Origin: an uncultured virus (IMG/VR IMGVR_UViG_3300044733_004038)
Lineage: Duplodnaviria > Heunggongvirae > Uroviricota > Caudoviricetes
Direction: 5' to 3' (one strand)
Length of the DNA stretch: 20,000 bases
Virus record (IMG/VR): IMGVR_UViG_3300044733_004038
Under the pieces are notes generated by a model. The model ran no database searches. It saw nothing but the letters and a program-made list of their open reading frames with translations, and was not told where the DNA came from. This document shows positions 1 to 8,017 of the stretch, in pieces. Numbering within the stretch: position 1 is the first letter of the stretch; every line of letters starts with the position of its first letter. The translations under genes were made by a program, and so were the position numbers.

Positions 1-740
1 GAGTTACCACCAGCACCGCCAGAACTAGTGCCACCGCCGCCACCGCCAGTTGATTTGTAAGTTGCACTGCCTGAAATAAATGCACTGACATCACCGCCAT
101 TACCACCAGTACCGCCAGTAGTGGTACCTGAGGTGCCACCTGCGGCTGAATAACCGCCACCGCCACCGCCAGCCCTTAAGTCTCCATCACGAGAACCAAT
201 GCCGCCATCATTACCTAAATTTGCAAAATTAGCAATACCACCAGCACCACCACGACCACCACCACCACCACCAGAACCACCTGGACCAGCGGCGTTGTCG
301 TTAGAGTGTCCAAAACCACCACCAGAAGCAACAAGTTTTGTGCCGACTGCGGTGAAACTTCCTGCTGTTCCAAAATTTTGACCCACACCACCAGCACCAC
401 CAGCACCGATTGTAATTGTTTGATTTGCGTCTAGATAAAGTGTTGATGTTGTAAAAAGACCTACAAGTTGTCCAGCACCGCCACCGCCACCAGCAACACC
501 ACCACCACTACCACCAGCACCACCGCCACCGCCAGCAACTAAAACGTCAAACAAACCTGCGGTAGTAACCGTCAAAGTTCCTGTGCTTGTAAAAGTTAGA
601 AGCGTGTATGCCTGTGCTGACACAGTAATACTTGACGAAGTTCCGCCTGTCGCAACACCGTAACCCGTTTGAGTGCCGTTTACATAGACGGCACTTGTTG
701 TTGGCTCTGCGCTGACATATCCAAATGTCCTGCGACCCAT
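1..740 (-). CDS. Glycine-rich (polyglycine) putative adhesin G6, runs off the left edge of the window
   Basis: Not in the ORF track. Manual translation from the ATG at 740 gives MGRRTFGYVSAEPTTS...FDVLVAGGGGAGG...ITIGAGG, the same motifs as the other G proteins. It starts 3 bp after the stop of the 744..1115 gene. Confidence 0.85.
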   Translation of the reverse strand, partial: MGRRTFGYVSAEPTTSAVYVNGTQTGYGVATGGTSSSITVSAQAYTLLTFTSTGTLTVTTAGLFDVLVAGGGGGAGGSGGGVAGGGGGAGQLVGLFTTSTLYLDANQTITIGAGGAGGVGQNFGTAGSFTAVGTKLVASGGGFGHSNDNAAGPGGSGGGGGGRGGAGGIANFANLGNDGGIGSRDGDLRAGGGGGGYSAAGGTSGTTTGGTGGNGGDVSAFISGSATYKSTGGGGGGTSSGGAGGN

Positions 741-743
741 AGG

Positions 744-1115
744 TTACGCCGTAATTCTGTTGACGAATCCGTGAATCGTGATGACGTTTGCAGTAGCGGC
801 GAATGCACGAACAACCTTTGCTGAAGCGTTGCCCTGCAACAACAGTCCTGGAATGATAGTTACAAGTCCAGCCTCTGGCTGTACTGTGACCTCAATGTTG
901 CCATCAGGCGCATCAGCCTGACCCCACTCAATCGTCAATTTAACCGACGAAGCAGAGGTATTCACGGCGTACAACCAGATCTCATCGATCGTCGTTGCAG
1001 TAGCCGATGCTGTGTGAATTGCCGTACCAGCTGTGGCAGTAGCAGCAACTTTTATCGCTAACCCTGTGCCCGTAGTGCCGGCTGGCTGTAGACATAATTT
1101 GCTTAGTGTTGCCAT
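744..1115 (-). CDS. Small adaptor-like structural protein, family T (T4)
   Basis: 123 aa. Close paralog of 7563..7925 (EIW.YAVN.SASSVKLTIEWG.A.APDGNIEVTV.PEAGLV...HG.VN.IT). AGGAG RBS upstream. Confidence 0.85.
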   Translation of the reverse strand: MATLSKLCLQPAGTTGTGLAIKVAATATAGTAIHTASATATTIDEIWLYAVNTSASSVKLTIEWGQADAPDGNIEVTVQPEAGLVTIIPGLLLQGNASAKVVRAFAATANVITIHGFVNRITA

Positions 1116-1133
1116 TATCTATCTCCTATTTTG

Positions 1134-1526
1134 TTAAGACCATATTTGCGTTGCGATGAAAACTTGATCATCGAACGCGTCGAAGCCAGTTCCTGATGAT
1201 GCTGCAGTAACTCTACCTTGTGCGTCAACAGTGATGTTGGTCGTCGTGTATGAGCCTGGCGTAACTGCTGTGTTAGCAAGCTTGTCTGCTGTAACCGCGT
1301 CGTCAGCAATCTTTGCAGTTGTAACGTTTAAATCAAGAATCTTAACAGTTGTGACAGCGTCGCTTGCTAATTTAACCGCCGTGACTGACCCATCGTCTGG
1401 CACGCCCGGAGACAGGGCGGATACGCCCATAAGCGTCCATGCGGTGCCGTTGTAAAACCAAGTCTTGCCACTAGACGTGAAAAGATCATTTGTTAACGGT
1501 GAGTTTGGAAAATCAATTGCTGCCAC
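1134..1526 (-). CDS. Short fibre/linker protein, family A (A2)
   Basis: 130 aa, GTG start. N-terminus IDFPNSP...TW.YNG.AW, ~10-aa VTxxK(L/I)A repeats, GSYTT.NITVDAQGR and a C-terminal DDQ motif. Paralog of 11680..12051. Confidence 0.85.
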   Translation of the reverse strand: MAAIDFPNSPLTNDLFTSSGKTWFYNGTAWTLMGVSALSPGVPDDGSVTAVKLASDAVTTVKILDLNVTTAKIADDAVTADKLANTAVTPGSYTTTNITVDAQGRVTAASSGTGFDAFDDQVFIATQIWS

Positions 1527-1639
1527 TGTATCATCCTATCTTTCGATACGCACTATACCCTATGTATATTAACACGAGTATACAGCGGTGATTACGCGAC
1601 CTAGTTGCTTTTTGTTGAAAATTACAACAAATCTAGCGG

Positions 1640-3595
1640 TTATTGCGGTAGTCTACTGCGTAAATACGCGCACTCTAGAGCAAGGGCTTCTTCGTACCGA
1701 ATTCCGTATCTATTTCCGGCAGCCTGGTGTTCTTGCACCATGCCAATTCCGTCCTCAAAGCGCTCTTCCTGCTCTTCCCATTCGTCGTAGCACAGGATGC
1801 CGTAGGCAAACGGATCAACGCCTTCAGCCTCAAATGCTTCTTTAACTCGTTGCGCCACCAACCCAACATGCCACCTCGCGCCGTCTCCTTTTTTCTGAAC
1901 AGCGTCTTTAAACTTGAACTGTTGATACTCGACGTTACTCCAAGCGCGCAGAACTGCCTCGTTGATGTCGCCGATCTGCTCTTTCTCTCTTTCATCCGAT
2001 GTGCTAATTGTTGCAGTGTCGGCGTAAACTACCGTCCACCTACGAGCCGCTCCACCAAGTGAGTATGTTGAATCAGTGCGAGGTCGTAAGACCTGAGTAT
2101 CTGTGTTTGTTGCAAAAAAAGTTACAGTCGCGCTTCCATCAGTTTCAGAACCGCCGGTGACTTGTATTCTTGCATCATAGTCATTGACCGATTCGTTGTT
2201 GCCAGAGGTATGAATATCCATGTACCAGGTTGCTGCAGTGTTTTGCTTTCCAAGTTCCAGTGTGCCATCAGCACGCAAAAGAGCGGAGCGCTCATTGGAA
2301 ATATAAGAATCAAAAACATTTGTTCCACCTGTGTAGTATAAACCAGTATCGGCATTATCAACTCGTAGTCCTACAAAACCAGAACCACGAGCAACAAAGA
2401 AACTTTGGACTTTGTACGTTCCAAGATTTACGGCATCAAAACCCCATGCATAGTGTGAACCACCAGTTGCAGCGGTTGATGCTTCTTTGTTGTCTACAAG
2501 TCCAAGTTCAAAACCAGTCATTGCTGAAGCATGTGAATTCGCGTCCATCAAAACATTTGCGTTATGCGCCCATACTTTTGTGAACGGATTTACATAGGCA
2601 GTTGCTGTTCCCGATGGAGTTGAGGCAGATTGTGCTGTACCGTTGGCGAGATACCAACCTTCAACCGTGATGCTTGAACCATTTGCTGCCCAATCAGTGA
2701 TAAATCCGCTGTACTTTGTTGGGCTGTGAGCAGTATCAATAATCATGCCTTTGCGCAAAAGTCTTCTATTCGCCTCGCTGATTGTTGAAGCAGGGACAAC
2801 AGTTGTTGCTGTATAGGTTGCGCCAGCTAAAGTCAGCGTTGGAGGTGGAGCTAAAACATCGGCAAAGAAAGAAACTGCGTCTCTGTCAGTGTAGATAGAG
2901 ATATCCGCCTCGTTGGTTACACCCAAAACTTCGGCGGCGCTATTAAAGTCCGAGCCACTTGGATAAAGTCTTACCGCAAAACCAGTCGCGCTATCTTCGT
3001 TGCCGTAAGGCGCCGACATGATTCTTTGGCCCTCACGAAGAAGGTCACCGTTAAGATTTTCTGGATTAAGGATTTTTGCGCCACGGTCTGCAACCCAAAC
3101 AACTTCTCGACCGCCAGTATCTATTCGACTAGAAAGCACATAGTTGCCATCTGGAATTGTTACAAATACACAATTTGCTCTCAGGATTCCATTGTCAGTG
3201 TAGGTGACAGCGCCAGTTCGTGCTTGTGCCGCGGCATCAAAAGCGGCAGTGTCATCTGTAACGCCATCGCCAACTGCGCCATAATCTGACACAGAAACTG
3301 GCAGAGAGGTCTTATTGACTTTTGCATTGATTTGAGTTTGAATTGCCGAGGTGACACTGTTCACGTAGCCGAGCTCGGTTGATGACACGTCACCGATAGT
3401 CGTTGTGCTTGGTAATACAACGTTGCCAGTAAAAGTAGGCGAGCTTAGCGGTGCGTAAGAAGCAAGTGAGCCTGCTTCTACATTTGCAGCTGAAGGATTT
3501 ACCTCCCAGGCAGAACCATTCCAAGTCCACGTGCGGGAGCCGGCAGTGTATACTTGGTTGAGAGATGGAGAATTTGGAAAATCAATTGCTGGCAT
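1640..3595 (-). CDS. Tailspike/depolymerase-like protein with C-terminal peptidase S74 intramolecular chaperone
   Basis: 651 aa. Family-A-like N-terminus MPAIDFPNSP. VSVSDYGAVGDGVTDDTAAF is the typical start of a pectate-lyase-like beta-helix. TSDEREK...ARWHVGLVAQ...RYGIRYEE resembles endosialidase-type autocleaving chaperone domains (~1640..2000). Confidence 0.85.
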   Translation of the reverse strand: MPAIDFPNSPSLNQVYTAGSRTWTWNGSAWEVNPSAANVEAGSLASYAPLSSPTFTGNVVLPSTTTIGDVSSTELGYVNSVTSAIQTQINAKVNKTSLPVSVSDYGAVGDGVTDDTAAFDAAAQARTGAVTYTDNGILRANCVFVTIPDGNYVLSSRIDTGGREVVWVADRGAKILNPENLNGDLLREGQRIMSAPYGNEDSATGFAVRLYPSGSDFNSAAEVLGVTNEADISIYTDRDAVSFFADVLAPPPTLTLAGATYTATTVVPASTISEANRRLLRKGMIIDTAHSPTKYSGFITDWAANGSSITVEGWYLANGTAQSASTPSGTATAYVNPFTKVWAHNANVLMDANSHASAMTGFELGLVDNKEASTAATGGSHYAWGFDAVNLGTYKVQSFFVARGSGFVGLRVDNADTGLYYTGGTNVFDSYISNERSALLRADGTLELGKQNTAATWYMDIHTSGNNESVNDYDARIQVTGGSETDGSATVTFFATNTDTQVLRPRTDSTYSLGGAARRWTVVYADTATISTSDEREKEQIGDINEAVLRAWSNVEYQQFKFKDAVQKKGDGARWHVGLVAQRVKEAFEAEGVDPFAYGILCYDEWEEQEERFEDGIGMVQEHQAAGNRYGIRYEEALALECAYLRSRLPQ

Positions 3596-3682
3596 ATCGT
3601 GCTCTTTCTGCCGCTACTGCGACACTACAGTGTATTTTACTACGCTTTAGCCGGTGCAATAATTTTGTTGCTGGTAGCGGTA

Positions 3683-3730
3683 TAAGCCACCTAGTTAATG
3701 TGTGACCCACTCTTGTTCTTCTTCGTTCCA
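3683..3730. repeat. Near-identical H-gene 3' end and downstream box (second copy 9623..9670)
   Basis: taagccacctagttaa and gacccactcttgttcttcttc are shared at offset 5940. Confidence 0.88.
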
Positions 3731-4030
3731 CTCATACGGGTTTTCTGTTGAAGCATCTGATGGCATTGGTGTCGGTGGTTGCCAATCGTGGTTGCTGTCA
3801 AGAGTCCACGAAGGGAACGGTTGTGGTGCTACGAACACATCAGCGTCAGGCAGATATTTGAACCCAACGCCACAGAATTGTTTGCGAATCCTGTTATTAA
3901 AACTTGTCTGAACCCAAGTGCCACCGAATAAATCGTTGCACCACTCAACACCGTTTGATTCATATTCGTTAGCGACCACGATTACTCGTAGCACATTATT
4001 GTTGTTATCTAATTCTGCGAAGTGTGCCAT
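3695..4030 (-). CDS. Family H partner protein (H5, MAHFAEL subtype)
   Basis: Start reassigned to the ATG at 4030 (TGATG overlap with the upstream stop), giving 111 aa. Motifs QTSFN..IRK, PQPFPSW and C-terminal W.EEEQEW. Confidence 0.85.
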   Translation of the reverse strand: MAHFAELDNNNNVLRVIVVANEYESNGVEWCNDLFGGTWVQTSFNNRIRKQFCGVGFKYLPDADVFVAPQPFPSWTLDSNHDWQPPTPMPSDASTENPYEWNEEEQEWVTH

Positions 4031-4920
4031 CAGAAAGTCCACGCAATCGTGCCAGTTGCAAGAAACGTAAATATTTTGTATCCGCCCGTGGTTGTTTGTG
4101 TGCCAACTGTCAATGTGGTTGGGTCTGCGAATGTGTCAAGAGTTCGCATAATAACGATTCCTGAACCGCCAGCACCACCTGCACCTGCGCCTTGACCGTC
4201 ATTACGACCACCGCCACCGCCACCCGTGTTTGCTGTGCCAGCCTGCGGAAGTGTGCTTGCATTTCCACCGTTACCGCCACCACCATTTCCGCCAGAAGCA
4301 ACAGCCCCAGAAGGAGAATTACCACCACCACCGCCACCGTAGTAAACACTTGAACCTGATATCACATTCACTACGCCAACACCACCTGCATTAGTGCCCG
4401 ACCCAAATGTATTTCCACCAGTATTACTTGCACCGCCACCGCCACCGCCGAAACCGCCAGTCGTAGAACCACCCGCACGACCTTGATTGGCTGTGCCTGC
4501 TGAGCCATTCGTATTCAAATTATAACCACCACCACCACTCCCACCAGTAGCAGACGCATTAGTGCCACCACCACGACCACCACCAGTTGAAGTAATAGTT
4601 GTCAAAGCCGTGCCAGCAACAGAACTATCTGTGCCAGATGTGTTTGACGCACCACCAGCACCAACCGTCGCTGTGTAAACAGTTCCGCTAACTGGTGTGA
4701 ACGCTGTTTCTAAAGTCGTAGCATCACCGCTTACCGCAACAGTGCTTCTTACGCCACCAGCACCACCACCGCCACCGTTAAAAGTTGCGTTGTTGCAGTT
4801 TCCCCCACCACCACCGCCAGCGACAACAAGATAATCAACAACAACAGGGACAGCACTTACAGTTTGCACAACTACAGGGTAAGCCGAAACATATCCAAGC
4901 GGTCTGCGTGAATTAGTCAT
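4030..4920 (-). CDS. Glycine-rich putative adhesin G5
   Basis: 296 aa. DYLVVAGGGGG, GGGGAGG.R, YGGGGGG, GTANTGGGGGG and GGSGIVI motifs. Confidence 0.88.
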   Translation of the reverse strand: MTNSRRPLGYVSAYPVVVQTVSAVPVVVDYLVVAGGGGGGNCNNATFNGGGGGAGGVRSTVAVSGDATTLETAFTPVSGTVYTATVGAGGASNTSGTDSSVAGTALTTITSTGGGRGGGTNASATGGSGGGGYNLNTNGSAGTANQGRAGGSTTGGFGGGGGGASNTGGNTFGSGTNAGGVGVVNVISGSSVYYGGGGGGNSPSGAVASGGNGGGGNGGNASTLPQAGTANTGGGGGGRNDGQGAGAGGAGGSGIVIMRTLDTFADPTTLTVGTQTTTGGYKIFTFLATGTIAWTF

Positions 4921-4943
4921 CGTCTAGCCCAGTAACGCTTGTG
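4871..4943. repeat. 73-bp exact direct repeat (second copy 6728..6800), junction box 2
   Basis: actacagggtaagccgaaac...ctagcccagtaacgcttgtg is identical at offset 1857. It spans QALLG*, a 3-bp spacer and most of the shared G4/G5 N-terminal codons. Confidence 0.95.
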
Positions 4944-5172
4944 GGCGAGTCGGAAAAACAATCAACTTAGGGTCAGCGTTTTGTGATGGCAAGTCTCGTA
5001 GTTCTTCACGGTATTCTTGCCACGCTGTTTTGTCGGCTGTGCAATCTGCTATCTGTGTCCAGTCCGATGCTTGTAGTTCACGGTTACGCCAGTTTCTAAA
5101 CCGTTCAAAATACCATTCGTTAGGTATTTCGTTTGCGTTTTCGTGTGGTGCAACAAAATCTAGGTAGTTCAT
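4924..5172 (-). CDS. Phage tail (fibre) assembly chaperone-like protein
   Basis: 82 aa. RNRELQASDWTQIAD...AWQEYREELRDLP...FPTRP matches the pattern I recognise for the Phage_tail_APC family. TAATG-coupled to the upstream gene. Confidence 0.8.
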   Translation of the reverse strand: MNYLDFVAPHENANEIPNEWYFERFRNWRNRELQASDWTQIADCTADKTAWQEYREELRDLPSQNADPKLIVFPTRPQALLG

Positions 5173-5618
5173 TATGCAGCCTCATAAACAAAATTAAAGT
5201 TAATGATATCGGTTGTTGCAAATGTAAACGGTTGAGTAGCACCGACATTGGCGTGAAACAAAAAATTTCCCGTTACTTGTGGCAACTTAAATAGAACTGT
5301 TGTAGTTGAATCTAAATATCCTGCGCCAAGATATTGGTCGGTTGTGCTTGTATCAACATAACTTATGTTGTTTGTGTAAAAATTGTTTCCTAATTTTGCT
5401 GTAACTGGCAAACTTATTTTAGGACCGCTTCCCATAGTTGTTGTGCTTCCGAAAGTTAATTGACCGTAAACATGAACCAAAAAACCAATCTGTGCATAAC
5501 GAAAATTGTTTGTGCCATTACCAAGAGTTATGTTTGTGTAAGAAGGCGTGTAGGCAACATAAGCAGTTACATTGTTGCTCGGAACTGCTTGAACAATTTG
5601 GCTAGAAGTATAAGCCAT
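5172..5618 (-). CDS. Beta-rich tail tip protein, family Y (Y2)
   Basis: 148 aa. First 13 aa (MAYTSSQIVQAVP) are identical to 6972..7559. The body (YTPS..NITLGNGT...RYAQIG...ISLPV...FVYEAA) resembles phage fibre tip domains. Confidence 0.75.
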   Translation of the reverse strand: MAYTSSQIVQAVPSNNVTAYVAYTPSYTNITLGNGTNNFRYAQIGFLVHVYGQLTFGSTTTMGSGPKISLPVTAKLGNNFYTNNISYVDTSTTDQYLGAGYLDSTTTVLFKLPQVTGNFLFHANVGATQPFTFATTDIINFNFVYEAA

Positions 5619-5620
5619 AG
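5581..5620. repeat. 40-bp exact direct repeat (second copy 7522..7561), junction box 1
   Basis: ggaactgcttgaacaatttggctagaagtataagccatag is identical at offset 1941 and encodes the Y N-terminus. Confidence 0.95.
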
Positions 5621-5896
5621 TTAAACCTCACTCTCGATAACAGGTGCGATGAACTCGTCAAGGTCAGCGTCATAGGTGTATCCGATACCTGCGTATCTGC
5701 CACGAATGTTCCCGTTGTATGAAGTGCGTTTGCACAACAAACCTTGATGCTGTGGTTGGTTTTGATAGAACTGTTCCCACGCTTCTGAAGAACCGCCGAC
5801 TTCAACATCACCGTCTAGTTGTGTAACTGTTTCATCAACGCCGACAATAACTTTGACAACTTTGTTTCCGTATCCAATAAATGCGTAATGTGCCAT
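5621..5896 (-). CDS. Family H partner protein (H4, MAHYAF subtype, short form)
   Basis: Start reassigned to the ATG at 5896 (TAATG overlap), giving 91 aa. Has CKRTSYN...R.RYAGIGYTYD but lacks the C-terminal PQP.PSW...W segment of the other H proteins. Confidence 0.82.
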   Translation of the reverse strand: MAHYAFIGYGNKVVKVIVGVDETVTQLDGDVEVGGSSEAWEQFYQNQPQHQGLLCKRTSYNGNIRGRYAGIGYTYDADLDEFIAPVIESEV

Positions 5897-6777
5897 TACA
5901 AAGCCCAACTCACATTACCCGAGCCAGCAGTAATCGTAGCCCGTTTGTAGCCACCCGAAGCAGCCGACTCTGTGCCTGTTAAACCTGCGCCGATAGTGAT
6001 TGTATAAGTATCTGCGTAACGCAAAATGACTACGCCACTACCACCGTTGCCACCGTTATAGCCAACAAAAGTATTATTGCCACCGCCACCGCCGCCACCG
6101 CCAGTATTGGCTGTGCCTGCTGAACCATTTGCACTTCTTCCACCATTACCGCCACCGTTTGAACCTGTGCCTTCATTGCTTTGATTTTGTGAGTTACCAC
6201 CGCCACCGCCACCAGCGTAAGTAACACTTGTGCCAGTAATGCTTACAGCCTGACCTGCACCGCCATTTGCGTTTGTTGCTGCTGCACCCGCACCACCACC
6301 ACCACCAGTAAGACCTGATGGGTGAGTGCCACCATTCGCACCATTATTTCCTTGAACAGGGCTGGCAGTTCTTGTGCCAGCATTAGCACCTGTGCCACCG
6401 CCAGCAGATGAACCACCATTACCGCCAGCCGTTTGTGGTCCACCACCAGTTCCGCCACCAGTTGAAGTTATGGAATCAAAAATACTACTTCCACCTTGTG
6501 TTCCATTATTGCTTGTGCTGCCAGTACCTCCACTGCCTACCTGTATTGAATAATTTGTATTTAACGCACACAACAATGCGGTTTCAAGCGAACCACCACC
6601 ACCTGTTGCTGTAACTGAACTGCGTAAACCGCCAGCACCAGCACCAGACCCTTGATTGTTACCGCCACCGCCACCGCCTGCGACAACAAGAAAATCAACG
6701 GTAATTGGATTAGTAATATTTGCTACGACTACAGGGTAAGCCGAAACATATCCAAGCGGTCTGCGTGAATTAGTCAT
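5896..6777 (-). CDS. Glycine-rich putative adhesin G4
   Basis: 293 aa. G-family motifs. First 18 aa identical to G5. Ends ITAGSGNVSWAL. Confidence 0.88.
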   Translation of the reverse strand: MTNSRRPLGYVSAYPVVVANITNPITVDFLVVAGGGGGGNNQGSGAGAGGLRSSVTATGGGGSLETALLCALNTNYSIQVGSGGTGSTSNNGTQGGSSIFDSITSTGGGTGGGPQTAGGNGGSSAGGGTGANAGTRTASPVQGNNGANGGTHPSGLTGGGGGAGAAATNANGGAGQAVSITGTSVTYAGGGGGGNSQNQSNEGTGSNGGGNGGRSANGSAGTANTGGGGGGGGNNTFVGYNGGNGGSGVVILRYADTYTITIGAGLTGTESAASGGYKRATITAGSGNVSWAL

Positions 6778-6780
6778 CGT

Positions 6781-6975
6781 CTAGCCCAGTAACGCTTGTG
6801 CTTCGTCTGCTGTCAAACCAAGTTTATCCAACACCGCTTGACGGGCAGCCTGCTTCAATGCGAGAGCATCAGCCTTTGCTTGCGCTTGCGCTGCGTCTGC
6901 TGCAACTTGTGCTGGGTCTGCTGGTTCTAAAAATACTGGGCAAACGCTGTTGTCTGGTGTTATGTCAGTTTTCAT
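6781..6975 (-). CDS. Small helical protein partnered with Y1 (possible chaperone)
   Basis: 64 aa. ATGA overlap with the upstream gene. Ends ARQAVLDKLGLTADEAQALLG. Occupies the same slot as the 82-aa chaperone in the neighbouring unit. Confidence 0.7.
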   Translation of the reverse strand: MKTDITPDNSVCPVFLEPADPAQVAADAAQAQAKADALALKQAARQAVLDKLGLTADEAQALLG

Positions 6976-7559
6976 TTTGTGTACCCATAAACGCTCAATG
7001 TTCCTGTTACTGCTGCGCTAATTAAAAATTGTATGCCGTCATAACTTGTGCTTGCTTTGTTGTAGTGCGCTTCGGTGTATGGAATTGCGTTTGTGCCATT
7101 CGTAGAGGTTTGTAAAGCGATACCTAAAATTGTTGTTGGTTCTGCAACGAACGGCTTAATGACATCGGCTGTGAACGACATTTGGTCGGTAGCACCTGCT
7201 CTGTAATCAAATGATGTTGCTGCCGCTATATTTTGTGCATAAACCGTGCCTGCAACTGCGTAAATTTGATTACTGAAATAATCGCTTGCTGAACTTACCG
7301 AACCGCCAACACTCAAACGACCTGTCAAATTGTATTGACTACCAGACGCATTCCAAATAAATTTGTAGTTAGTGTATGTTGAACTAAAAACGCCGTTTAA
7401 CAAAATGCTTGTCGTAACTGATGTCATTGTTACTTGACCGTTTGCCGATGCTGTAGCCGTGCCACCGCCAACCGTAATTGAAGTAGGGACAATCGCTACG
7501 AACGCAGAGTTGATACCTGTTGGAACTGCTTGAACAATTTGGCTAGAAGTATAAGCCAT
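6972..7559 (-). CDS. Beta-rich tail tip protein, family Y (Y1)
   Basis: 195 aa. Shared 13-aa N-terminus. The body (LNGVFSSTYTNYK...SYDGIQF...TGTLSVYGY) is not alignable by eye with Y2. Confidence 0.78.
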   Translation of the reverse strand: MAYTSSQIVQAVPTGINSAFVAIVPTSITVGGGTATASANGQVTMTSVTTSILLNGVFSSTYTNYKFIWNASGSQYNLTGRLSVGGSVSSASDYFSNQIYAVAGTVYAQNIAAATSFDYRAGATDQMSFTADVIKPFVAEPTTILGIALQTSTNGTNAIPYTEAHYNKASTSYDGIQFLISAAVTGTLSVYGYTK

Positions 7560-7562
7560 AGA

Positions 7563-7925
7563 CTAAACCGTAATCTGATTCACATACCCGTGAAGACAAA
7601 TAACATTCGCCGTACCAGCAAAAGCCTTAACAACCAACGGAGTCGCATTACCCTTCAACAACAAACCAGGAATTACTGAAACCAAACCAGCCTCAGGCAA
7701 CACAGTTACCTCAATGTTGCCATCAGGTGCAGTTGCTTCGCCCCACTCAATCGTCAACTTAACTGACGATGCTGAACTGTTCACCGCATAAATCCAAACC
7801 TCATCAAGAGTAGTAGTCGTAGTCGAACCAGTATGAATTGTTGTACCAGCAGTAGCAGTAGCAGCAACCTTAATTGCTTTGCCGTCTGTGCTACCTGAAA
7901 GAATCTTTTTAGTGAATGTTGCCAT
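7563..7925 (-). CDS. Family T adaptor (T3)
   Basis: 120 aa, MATFTKKILSGSTDG. Paralog of 744..1115 and 9213..9560. AGAGG upstream. Confidence 0.85.
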   Translation of the reverse strand: MATFTKKILSGSTDGKAIKVAATATAGTTIHTGSTTTTTLDEVWIYAVNSSASSVKLTIEWGEATAPDGNIEVTVLPEAGLVSVIPGLLLKGNATPLVVKAFAGTANVICLHGYVNQITV

Positions 7926-8015
7926 GTGCTGCCTCTAATCTATAGTGCTATTGCTATAATATACTACGCTACACGACCCAACCCTGATCAGCCACCTAGT
8001 TAAATTGCGACCCAC
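7915..8015. repeat. ~100-bp near-identical junction (second copy ~9550..9650): H end, 74-bp spacer, T start
   Basis: Direct comparison shows two substitutions and two compensating 5-bp indels within the spacer. Confidence 0.92.
7957..7970 (-). promoter_or_regulatory. Putative internal promoter motif CGT-N2-TAnnnT (also 9592..9605, 3631..3646, 1563..1576)
   Basis: The minus strand reads AGCGTAGTATATTA (twice), AGCGTAGTAAAATACA and CGTGTTAATATACA. Each lies in an intergenic gap 32-38 bp upstream of a start codon. Confidence 0.5.
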
Positions 8016-8017
8016 AT

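Noticed and set aside
1611..1631. Inverted repeat TTTGTTG-N7-CAACAAA after the tailspike stop as a terminator
   Set aside because: The stem is short and AT-rich, and it is followed by A residues rather than a U tract on the coding strand.
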